DNA of 64,000 nt from Selaginella moellendorffii (Eukaryota; Plantae; Lycopodiophyta), in assembly GCF_000143415.4 (NCBI RefSeq), contig NW_003314264.1:2923710-2987709 (forward strand). Reading direction: 5' to 3'. Both the position numbers and the translations under genes were made by a program. Under the pieces are notes generated by a model, which was not told where the DNA came from, did no database searches, and worked only from the letters and a program-made list of their open reading frames with translations. Each line of letters opens with the position of its first letter. Within the stretch, counting starts at the first letter, position 1. Below are positions 35,856 to 46,745 of this stretch, one piece after another.

Positions 35856-37575
35856 TGTAAGCGACTAATTTTTCCATTCTACTTTAGTCACTTAACCACA
35901 CCTCCAACCACTTGGAGGAGTCTCATTCACAACCTCCATAAGTCCAACTCAGGACTTGGGGCTTGCTAGCCCCGAAAATGGCATCCATGCCACTCAACCT
36001 TAGCACTTGGTCCAAGTGCTCCACATGTCCGATCCCATGATCGACACCCCAAGGTACCACCGATGTATTGGCCTGTTACGCTAAGGCCATGCCCAATTAC
36101 CTTGGTCACCCTGGTGGTCCAACACCACCTACGTTCCAATCCCGTCTCTCAAAGACTGGGTCATTCGTCCATGAGGGATCATCCCAGATCCACTCCTTAA
36201 CATCCTTAGGATGCCTACAGACATGGGGAATAGCCTTCCCCAATATCTCTGTTCCGGTCCCCACCAAGTCCCTTTTTGTCCTTGGCTGTGTTCGCCAACA
36301 CTGCCACTGGGTCAAGGCCCACCGGCCCGACCACTAAGTCCCACTATCCTCGAGGACTTCCTCACTGTGTGACTGTGTCCTTGGTCACCCCACCAGAGGG
36401 CTACCCCTCTTCCTTTCCACAGTTTGGGACTTTGGGACACCATTTCGGAACACCGTGGCCTTACGCGAGCCACTTGGGTACTCTCCCCACCTTTCGCCTT
36501 TAGGTGCTCTAGCCATGGGCTTAGAGCGAGGTTCCGTTGAGCCACGCCTGGTATCCAAGTAGGTAGTGCCACCCACACTTGGACTGGGAGCATCGGCCAG
36601 TCGATCTCCCGGGGGAACTAGAGCCGGCTCTTGAACACTTCACCAAGCTACCCTGCTTGTCGATCCGTGTTCACTCTAGTCTTGGACTTCCCAGTGAGCA
36701 GCTCATCACCCAACACTGGGTCCGGCCTTCCTGGGCCAAACTGGCCTTTCCTGGCCAAACTGGCTCCACTGCAGTCCTCCCCCTACTATACTTTTGGAGC
36801 TCACCAAACCCCCCAGGGTCTGGGAGACGAACGCTTTGGGCTTTCACCCTCTCAGGCTCCGGACTCGGACTCGGACTCGGACTCGGACTCGGACTCGGAC
36901 TCGGACTCGGACTTGGGCTCGGCCTCGGTCTCGGTCTCGGTCCCGATCTCGGTCTCGGTCTCGGTCTCGGTCCCGGTCTCGGTCTTGGTCCCGATCTCGA
37001 CTTTGGACTCCATCTCGGGTCCATCTCGGGTCCATCTCGGACTCCAACTCGGACTCCATCTCGGACTCCATCTCGGGTCCATCTCGGACTCCATCTCGGA
37101 CTCGACCTCGGACTCCGTCTCGGGTCCACTTCGGACTCCGTCTCGGGTCCATCTCGGGTCCCATCTCAAGTCCATCTCAGGTCCATCTCGGACTCCATCT
37201 CGGACACCATCTCGGACTCCAACTCGGATCCATCTCGGGTCCATCTCGGACTCCATCTCGGACTCCACCTCGGACTCCGTCTCGGGTCCACCTCGGACTC
37301 TGTCTCGGGTCCATCTCGGGTCCCATCTCGGGTCCATCTCGGACACTTCCACGTGTCATGTGTTGGTCGCTTTGGGTCCCTTTTTGGAGCCTCGCTTATT
37401 GCTCGCTTCGTGCTCGTTCCTTGAACACTTTGTTGGGAGTTCCACTCCCGCTCTCAATCTTTCAAGTCGGAGCTTTTAGTCCAAACGTTTTACGCTTGTT
37501 TGGCTTTCGCTTCGGCCACTACCACGTGGCACCCCTCCAGCTCCACTCTGGGGCCTAGAGACTTTGTGTCTCACA
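35856..37575 (-). repeat. Family A copy 1, 3' LTR
   Basis: TGTAAGCGAC...GTGTCTCACA; abuts the PPT. Confidence 0.95.
36860..37345. repeat. Composite tandem array within the family A LTR (6-mers GGACTC/GGTCTC grading into 12-mers GGACTCCATCTC/GGGTCCATCTCG); also at about 42674-43100, 55385-55803 (inverted) and 58654-59220
   Basis: Directly visible. It gives rise to the low-complexity ORFs (GL, DS, RT, SR, ES, PR repeats) in the ORF track. Confidence 0.95.
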
Positions 37576-38789
37576 ACTCCACCACCCATAGACGAAGTTC
37601 GATATCCTCATCGAACGGTAAACCATTTTATAAAGTAACACCCGCATGTGTCACCATTTCCATCCTTGAGCCAATATTTGTCAAGGGTTTGACATTGAAG
37701 GCTCACCATGCCTTTTGCATATTCCTCAATGGTTTGACACCAAAGGCTCACCATGCCTTGCCCATCCTCTAAGGAGGGTAGTCTCTCCAACTTAGAGACT
37801 GATTGGACCACATGTAGTGGTTTTCTCCTTTTATTGGTTTAGTTCCCGCTAAACCTCTTAGAGACCCTCCTCTAAGTCAATCCCACTACTCCTTCTAGAG
37901 TAGTTTTAATTTCCATCTATTGAACGTTTTGCACCTTGAAACTTTTACCCTTTTGACTTTTGGAAGTCAATTTCCTAGGTGTCTCCAACACCTTGCATTG
38001 CACCGATTGTGCAACTCCACTTCCCCATCCTAGGAAGTTCATTACTTGAGGGCACCATCATCCTCTCTTCTATTTCGCGCCACCTTGGGCACTAAGTTCC
38101 ATTTATCATACTTTGTGCTAGGGCTGTCCATGGCTTTATCATTTGGCTACCTTACCGCTCCCTCCCTTGGAGCTTCCATTTTTGCCAAATCGGAGCAATT
38201 CGGAATCCATCCTTGGAAACACACTTCCTTTCCCGCAATTTGTTAGCGTCCAACACATTAGTATTCCTCGCCTAACTTTGCCACTTGGATTCCTTCCAAG
38301 GGATTCCACGGCCCTATCCTGGCCACTCATCTTTTGCTCCTATCCGTTGATTGTTGCACCCAGCAACACCGAATGTCTACCTCCCTCCTTGAGGTATTCC
38401 TTTGATTCCATAGCAAAGGCTTGCTTTTGCCAAGACTAGGGTGTTCACCCCTAGTAAGTCTCTTTAGCACCTTCTACTGTGGCCTCTATCCACGGCCCAA
38501 CTTGTGACCCTCCCATGGGTCTCTTATAGAGACTACTTTCCTTGCTCACACTATGCCATCGCAATGACATAGCTTACTTCCCTAAGGTGCTTTTCCCACT
38601 TGGTCACCTTGACCAAGCCACACCATCATCAATAGTTCAAATCAACACTTTGAACTAGGAACCTTATTCCTTAACCCAAACAAAGACTTTGTCCTTATTT
38701 AGCCACAAGATCACCTAGTGATCTCACCTCGGCACTTTAACAGGTTTGCCAATAGGTACTAGGTCTTCTAGACCTTCAAATTGTTGACT

Positions 38790-39201
38790 ATAACCCCGGG
38801 GGCATCCCCCACACTTGGCGGTGCACCCAAGCCAGCCCTTACGGCCAAGGGTTCATAACAACTGAGATTAGGTGTCCCCATCTCACTCACCACGTCCTTG
38901 GTGCCACTTGCACCAAAGCGTTCAAGTTAGATATGCTGAGCTTTCACACTAAGCAATCTAACCGTGCATCACGACTCCGAGGCATCCCTCGCTTGGCGGT
39001 GTGCCCAAACCAGTCTCCCCACTGAGAGTCCATGACCACCGAAATATGAGTGTCCTCATATTCCAAACCATCACCACGCCCTAGTGATTTGGGACTCAAA
39101 CCCAAACACTAGAGGGTCGAGACTCGAACCCAACCTCCGTATATGCATCTACGGACGGCATCACACCGGATGCCTGGCGTGACTCCCCACGCCGGTGCAC
39201 C
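38790..39201 (-). ncRNA. Candidate structured cis-acting RNA domain in the family A interior (copy 1)
   Basis: A dozen or more consecutive hairpins, a duplicated module with covariation and two T-arm-like hairpins; near-identical in copy 3 (about 60660-61071). Function is inferred only. Confidence 0.55.
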
Positions 39202-41678
39202 AACTTATATTAAAGCGCGCTATAGATCACAGCTTAGGAACCTAGTTCCTCCCCACTGCCAAGTCTTCTCACTTGACAAGTCTGTGATCATGCATGGACT
39301 CCTCCATGCTTGGCCCCATGGCCCACCCTTTTTTGAAGTTATCACCTTCAACTAGGGTATTTGTTCCCTTGACTTGCCAATCTCGCTTTGGCAAGTCCTC
39401 CGACCACTGTAACATAGTTCCTGCACAAGCGTAAAAGCCCTTGATCATCGACTTTCGTTCAAAGCCTTCTCTTTGAACACTCGGGAACTACTTCCCTAAC
39501 CTTGATAGCCTTGCGTCATGGCAAGCTTCAAGACCACGCTTCTGCTGCGCCACTTTGATTTGGTGCGTTCCTTGAACCACTTACGCTTGGCCTTTCTAGG
39601 TACTACGCTACCTAGAATCCTCTTTGGGAACCTTGAAGGAACTCTGTCCCTTAGCTTGCTAAGACCCCCCTTTTTGCAAGCTTTCCAATTACCATATAGT
39701 CTAATATGGACAATTCCATATTTTAGACTCTCCATGGCATCACGGTTGTTAGCAGCAACACCCTCGAGCCCCCACTTGATTCTCCACTCCCAGCTAGCAT
39801 AACCAACCTTGGTTATGCCCTTCAATTCCTATGGTTCGGTTCTATCCCCTTACTTCTTGCTTTTGGCTTCACACCTTTCCTTCAGTCATTCTCCTCCAGA
39901 CTAGGAGGATAGCCTTTGCACTTTCTATCATGCCTTAGCAAGTATTCTTAGGGATGAACCTACCCGATAGCCTAGGGAGTGGTTCCTGAATCCATGTATG
40001 CTCACTCTATAATCCCACACACCGGGATTACGTTGTTGCTTACGGGCCTTTACATGCCCATCGCTAGCCTTGCCAAAATTCCATTTTTGGCTTTGTCCAA
40101 TTCGAGTAGACAGTCTTCTCCTATCTCGCCACCTTGGACATTTGGATAGCACCTACTATCCATCGTTCGCTAGGGACTTAGTCCCTTGGGCCTTATCTAC
40201 TGCCCTCACAACATCAAACACCACCTCTTGGTGTTCTAGAGTGTTCGGGTGTCCCAATGACGGCTTCCTTGACAATGAGTATTTCCTTTTATGACATTGA
40301 CTTACTATATCGCAACATAAGCAACTCATCCCCCATAAGGGTATATCCAACTTTCCTATGCCATTAAGAAGGCTTGGGTAGCTACCTTCTACCCGTTTAA
40401 CCAATTATTTGGCACCTCTTGCTTAGTTGCCTCGTAGTTGTCAAGTCTTACAACTCATTGCTGGTGCTTCCACACCTCCATCATTATCTGGGTCACCACA
40501 CTCCAATTGCATGCTCTGCAGCTTAGGCTATATCATTCCCATTTCTATTGGGATTCCTTTGGCAAGGGGTTCTCATGAACCCACCAACATAGCCTCAAGG
40601 TATCACACCTTGGCACATTTGGTGTCTCCACACCATCGGCTCCACGAGCCTACCTCTATGACACTTCTTCTTTGTGTTTAAGTCTTTGCCAAGACCAATA
40701 CCACGCTTTCTCATGCCAACCATCCGTTAGCATTGCATCATAGAAGTCACACACAACTTTGTGTCAAAGTTGTTTTCTTTTTGGGAACACATTTCCCACG
40801 ACTTTAGCATGGCACATTTTGCCATCGATGAGATACCCTTTGCTCTCATCCTTGGATCCTATGATCCCCCCCCATCCTTTGTGGGGTACAACACACCTCA
40901 GTCCAAATGCTTCCATCGGTCCTTTTAGGACCATCCCTTGACTCTACTTGAGTCATCCAGCAGTTTTGGACTTGGTTAATCCACAGACCCGTAAGGTCCT
41001 ACTTGTGAGGCACTAGCTCACTAGAATACACTTCTTGCATTCCTGTCCTACTCAAAAGGACTATTTTCACAAGTGTTACTCTGACACTTGATTTTGTTCT
41101 CTGGGGGCAACCTTTGCCCCTTAGGACTACTTGTCCATGCGATGAGAATACCAACTCATCTCTAAGTACACCCCCCAACTCCTTGGGTTGTTCCAGCATT
41201 TATTAAAGGTAGCCCTGGCTACCATTTCAAGGACTTGAGTCCTCTTCCGTATTTGACCTCCCACGGTCATTACCTCTGGTCTCACATTCATGAGCACCAT
41301 CCTCAACTATATGAGGATAATCTTGTGACTCCTTTATTGTTTTGGAGTCTACATCTTTCTCGTGATCCCAACTATAGTTGTTTATCACAACTACGTTAGC
41401 CCGTTTGCTGTGTCAAACGCTCATTTGGATCACATCCTCAGCTCTCTAAGGAGACTTTATACTGTTCCCAAGATCCCAAAGTCGTTCCATTATTGGCCCT
41501 TTTCTATCCACCATATTGTGCCCAAGCTCACGCATGAACTTGAGTGGAGAGCCATGTACTCTCGACATGCTCCTCCTCAAGGATAGGCCCACTCCTAGGA
41601 CCTTCCGATACCAACATCAATGGTGATATACTTGAGCACCAATAAAAGTCGGACTAAGGAACAGCTCCAATACCAAGT

Positions 41679-43330
41679 TGTAAGCGACTAATTTTTCCAT
41701 TCTACTTTAGTCACTTAACCACACCTCCAACCACTTGGAGGAGTCTCATTCACAACCTCCATAAGTCCAACTCAGGACTTGGGGCTTGCTAGCCCCGAAA
41801 ATGGCATCCATGCCACTCAACCTTAGCACTTGGTCCAAGTGCTCCACATGTCCAATCCCATGATCGACACCCCAAGGTACCACCGATGTATTGGCCTGTT
41901 ACGCTAAGGCCATGCCCAATTACCTTGGTCACCCTAGTGGTCCAACACCACCTACGTTCTAATCCCGTCTCTCAAAGACTGGGTCATTCGTCCATGAGGG
42001 ATCATCCCAGATCCACTCCTTAACATCCTTAGGATGCCTACAGACATGGGGAATAGCCTTCCCCAATATCTCTGTTCCGGTCCCCACCAAGTCCCTTTTT
42101 GTCCTTGGCTGTGTTCGCCAACACTGCCACTGGGTCAAGGCCCACCGGCCTGACCACTAAGTCCCACTATCCTCGAGGACTTCCTCACTGTGTGACTGTG
42201 TCCTTGGTCACCCCACTAGAGGGCTACCCCTCTTCCTTTCCACAGTCTGGACACCATTTCGGAACACCGTGGCCTTACGCGAGCCACCTGGGTACTCTCC
42301 CCACCTTTCGCCTTTAGGTGCTCTAGCCATGGGCTTAGAGCGAGGTTCCATTGAGCCACGCCTGGTATCCAAATAGGTAGTGCCACCCACACTTGGACTG
42401 GGAGCATCGGCCAGTCGATCTCCCGGGGGAACTAGAGCCGGCTCTTGAACACTTCACCAAGCTACCCCGCTTGTCGGTCCGTGTTCACTCTAGTCTTGGA
42501 CTTCCCAGTGAGCAGCTCATCACCCAACACTGGGTCCGGCCTTCCTGGGCCAAACTGGCCTTTCCTGGCCAAACTGGCTCCACTGCAGTCCTCCCCCTAC
42601 TATACTTTTGGAGCTCACTAAACCCCCCAGGGTCTGGGAGACGAACGCTTTGGGCTTTCACCCTCTCAGGCTCCGGACTCGGACTCGGACTCGGACTTGG
42701 GCTCGGCCTCGGTCTCGGTCTCGGTCCCGATCTCGGTCTCGGTCTCGGTCCCGGTCTCAGTCTTGGTCCCGGTCTCGACTTTGGACTCCATCTCGGGTCC
42801 ATCTCGGACTCCAACTCGGACTCCATCTCGGACTCCATCTCGGGTCCATCTCGGGTCCATCTCGGACTCCATCTCGGACTCCACCTCGGACTCCGTCTCG
42901 GGTCCATCTCGGGTCCCATCTCAGGTCTATCTCGGGTCCATCTCGAACTCCATCTCGGACACCATCTCGGACTCCAACTCGGATCCATCTCGGCTCCATC
43001 TCGGACTCCATCTCGGACTCCACCTCGAACTCCGTCTCGGGTCCACCTCGGACTCCGTCTCGGGTCCATCTCGGGTCCCATCTCGAGTCCATCTCGGACA
43101 CTTCCACATGTCATGTGTTGGTCCCTTTGGGTCCCTTTTTGGAGCCTCGCTTATTGCTCGCTTCGTGCTCGTTCCTTGAACACTTTGTTGGGAGTTCCAC
43201 TCCCGCTCTCAATCTTTCAAGTCGGAGCTTTTAGTCCAAACGTTTTACGCTCGTTTGGCTTTCGCTTCGGCCACTACCATGTGGCACCCCTCCAGCTCCA
43301 CTCTGGGGCATAGGGACTTTGTGTCTCACA
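41679..43330 (-). repeat. Family A copy 1, 5' LTR
   Basis: TGTAAGCGAC...GTGTCTCACA; abuts the PBS; highly similar to 35856-37575 apart from tandem-array length and scattered substitutions and small indels. Confidence 0.95.
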
Positions 43331-43335
43331 CTTGC

Positions 43336-46300
43336 TTTAGCGACCCTTGACAATGCTCTTCTCTTGGCATGATATTATGAGACATCACTTCTTCCACTTC
43401 TTGTTGCACGTCTTTCCGCTCCACTTTCTATGGGCGATGGTCTTGTTCCAATAGAGGTTGATGCTATTGCTGTTCAAGTTCAAGGACAAAGACGAGGACG
43501 TGGTTGTGGCTATGACATTTGCTATTGGGCTTGTGATGAAGTTCATCACACTTATCGGTGTTGTCAGTATTTTCCAGATTGGCAACTTCCATTTCCTGGG
43601 TGGAGACCTTGGTGTCAAGAACATTTTGTTGTTGCTACTACAGTGGAAGGTTTGGACATTAAGATACATATGAGAAATGAGGAGTCGCACGAGTAATAAA
43701 AAGACCTTGCGCAAATAAGTTAGTGACCCCTCCATTTTTCTTTCGAGAGTATCATCAAATGGTTCATTTGGCACCGGTTCATCCAGTGTTTACTTTCCAA
43801 ACTCGTATTTATAACAAAAAGTCTTCTATTATTCTCTTTGTGTTGGTTGATATAGATTCGAGTTTATCTTTTATTGCTTAACCTATTGCCATATATTGCT
43901 ATCTACACTTGCGTTATGTAGCAAAGCCAGTTTTGATTCTTTATGGCAACGGCTATACACATGCTTGTGCATGGGATAAGGCAAACTTGGTTGTGCATGT
44001 GGGCGATCTCAAGTTTGGGTTGCAACCATTGTAAGTGGTGTTGAGTCAAGCTTTTGACCTCATCCTTAGTATGGATTGATTATAGTGCAATCATGCCAAA
44101 TATAATTTTAAGGCTTCTCCCCTTTGTCTCATACTTCCTTATATTTTATCCATTCCTCTCACTTCCATCCCTCTTTGTCCCTTTGCTTCTACCTTTGCTT
44201 TGATTACTTTTGACTCCTCACTATTTCCTCTTATATTTTCATCTTGTTTTACTCTTCTCTTTCCGATCCCTCCGACAATCTTTGTATTGTAGCAGTTGAT
44301 CGGCTTATGAAGAAGTATGCAGATCTCTTTGAATTTGACTTATCATTTGGGACCAAAATTGCCACACGTCATCTGATTCCAACCAAGGATGCTTATCCAA
44401 TCAAGGTTCTTGTTTGTTGTCGGTCACCCAAAGAGATCAAGATTCTACGTGTAAACGTCAAGGAGATGTTGGAAAAAAGTGTTATTCAAAAGTTGCGGAG
44501 TCCTTGGGCATGTAAACCTCATTTTGTGATAAAACTTGATAAGAGTATTCGTTTTTGCATCAACTATCATCCATTAAATGAAGTGATGATCCTGAATGTA
44601 TACACTCTTCTTCACACTATTAGTTCACTAAGCTAGATTTTGCTTCTAGGTACTAGCAAGTACCGATAGCTGAAGAAGATATTTCTAAGATTGTTTTTCA
44701 TACACCATTTGGTTTGTACGAGTTTTTGGTGATGCCATTTGATTTGAACAATGCTCCAAAAACTTTCCAGTGGATGATGGATAAGGTTCTTTACAATATG
44801 CTAAAAGTGATTACTGACTTCATTAATAATGTCTTGATTCACTTGGAGGGGACATGGGAGGAATATATTTGTGATGTTCGTAAAGTGTTGGATCGGTTAT
44901 GAAAAGTTGGTTTAAAGTTGAAGTGGTCAAAGTGCGTGTTTGGGCCCAAGGACACAACTTATCTTGGGTACCATATTTTTCGTGAGGGTTTGTAAGTTGA
45001 TTTTGACAAATTTGTGGCTATTCTAAAATTCCCTACTCCAAGTGTGTGAATGATGTGCAATGCTTCCTAGGCAAAATGCAATATCTCGGTCATTTTGTGG
45101 ATCATCTTTCTGATCACACTACATTGTTACAAGTATTGTTGAAGTCATCAATATCACCTTTCATTTAATCTTCAGATTGTGAGCAAACATTCATGGATCT
45201 CAAAGAGCTATTGACGACTCCTCTAATTTTCAAATATCTTGACTACACTTGACCTTTCATTTTGTGCATGAATACTTTTGATATTGGTTTTGGAGGTGTG
45301 TTGATGCAAAAGAGCCCGAGTGTGTTTGGCTAGCGCCATCCTATTGCGTATATAAACCATATATTACAACTAGCGAAGGTAAACTACTCCACGACAGAGA
45401 ATGAGTGTTTAGCAATAGTCTGGGGTTTCAAGAAACTTCATACATATCTACATGGTTTTTAAACATTACTAGAAGGTGATCATGTTGTCACTACTTCATT
45501 ATTGAAACAGAAGAACTTAGTTAGTTGTATTACTTGGTGGGCTTTGAAGCTTCAGATATATGATTTTGATGTTGTTTATCGCCCAAAGACTTCTATGGCT
45601 GATGCTAATGCCTTTTCTCGAGCTCCTCTTCTTCACTCTCTTCTCATATTTCTGACGAGTCTATTATTCCAACATTTGTGGATTTTCTCAACAAGGATTT
45701 TGTGCCATTAGTGGTTGCTATACTTAATGTTCAGTGTCCATAAGGTGCAGAGCAAGATCTATCTTCTCTTGATAAGGTTTACAAAGCTCAAAATATTGAG
45801 TTATGGATTTGAAAGCTTCCAGATGGGTTTGAGAATCTTACATCATTTGCTAATGATTTGCCATTCCGGCATTTACATTCTCAATATTACTTTGAAGATG
45901 GCCTTCTTTATTTTGTGGAGACGGTTCTTGATAGTCCTTTACGGTTGGTGGTGCCTTTCGTCTTTATTTTGCAATTTCTCTATACCTACCATGATTCTCC
46001 TGTTCTAGGCGAACATATAGGACATCATCATGTGACCGAGAAGCTGTGCAAATTTTTTTATTAGCCATACATATTATTTGGTATGTGCGTAGCTGCGTTT
46101 AGTGCCAGGCTTGTAATACTCCCCCTCGTACCGTGGAAGGATGGTTGGAGTCAATTACAATTTCCCGTCTGTTTGAGCTTATGGCATTTGATCTTATCCT
46201 TTTTCATGGTTGATTACTAATAATGAATATGTTATTATTGCTTCTAACTATTTGACTCATTGGGTGGAAGTTGGTGCTCTTGCTAGCGCCTCTGCAATTG

Positions 46301-46745
46301 CTATTAGATACTTCCTTCTCAATTGAGTGGTGTTCCAACATTCTTGTCTAGAGTAGATTGTTTCGAATAATGGTTCCACTTTTATAGCTGAGGCATTTCA
46401 CATTTTGACATTTTGGTTGGGGATATGCCACACTTTCATGAATGCTTATCATCCATAGTTAGACAGTTTGGTGGAATTACTTATACAAATATTCAAAGGA
46501 ATAATCGTGAAATATGTGAACTTTTAGCATTCAAATTGGGATGGTTATTTGCCGTCTCTTCAGTATGCATATGTCATAGGGGTGTAAAGTTCTATTGGTG
46601 CTTCACCATATAAACTTCTATATAGTCATGATCCAATATTACCAACGAAGCTAGATTTACTTTCGCGATTACCACGAGCTACTGATGCTAGGTTATAGGA
46701 TCAGTATTTGACCCATCATCATTCACCTATGGAGTTTAAAGTGGA
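43336..46745 (+). pseudogene. Degenerate gag-pol (end of gag, protease, RT, RNase H, integrase) of family C
   Basis: ORF fragments 44244-44636, 44714-44902, 45502-45711 and 45858-46064 carry gypsy pol motifs. The RT catalytic Y(I/V)DD has decayed to FINN. Confidence 0.88.

Larger units (their letters stand above)
35856..43330 (-). mobile_element. Family A copy 1: complete, apparently non-autonomous LTR retroelement (LARD/TR-GAG-like)
   Basis: Direct LTRs TG...CA at 35856-37575 and 41679-43330; 5-bp TSD CTTGC (35851-35855 and 43331-43335); minus-strand PBS TGGTATTGGAGC at 41675-41664; minus-strand PPT at about 37590-37576. The 4.1-kb interior has no long ORF and no recognisable RT/RH/INT motifs. 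Confidence 0.95.
34600..46745 (+). mobile_element. Family C: decayed Ty3/gypsy LTR retrotransposon acting as host; split by the family A insertion (35856-43330) and interrupted at 46746 by family B; left boundary approximate
   Basis: Putative 5' LTR end CA at 35047 followed by a PBS. Gag remnant at about 35400-35855 resumes at 43336. Cys/His knuckle remnant ICYWACDEVHHTYRCC; RT SPWACKPHFV..IRFCINYHPLN and YEFLVMPFDLNNAPKTFQ; RNase H WALKLQIYDFDVVYRP..ADANAFSR; integrase YHDSPVLGEHIG. Domain order RT-RH-INT, with many stops. Confidence 0.85.

Noticed and set aside
36860-37345. CRISPR-like array
   Set aside because: No unique spacers, no cas genes, and a eukaryotic LTR context.
36579-37558. 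Long ORFs (250-380 aa) across the family A LTRs as host genes (SR-like or extensin-like)
   Set aside because: Explained by stop-free 6/12-bp tandem repeats. They recur in each LTR with different frames at the 3' end and mostly non-ATG starts.
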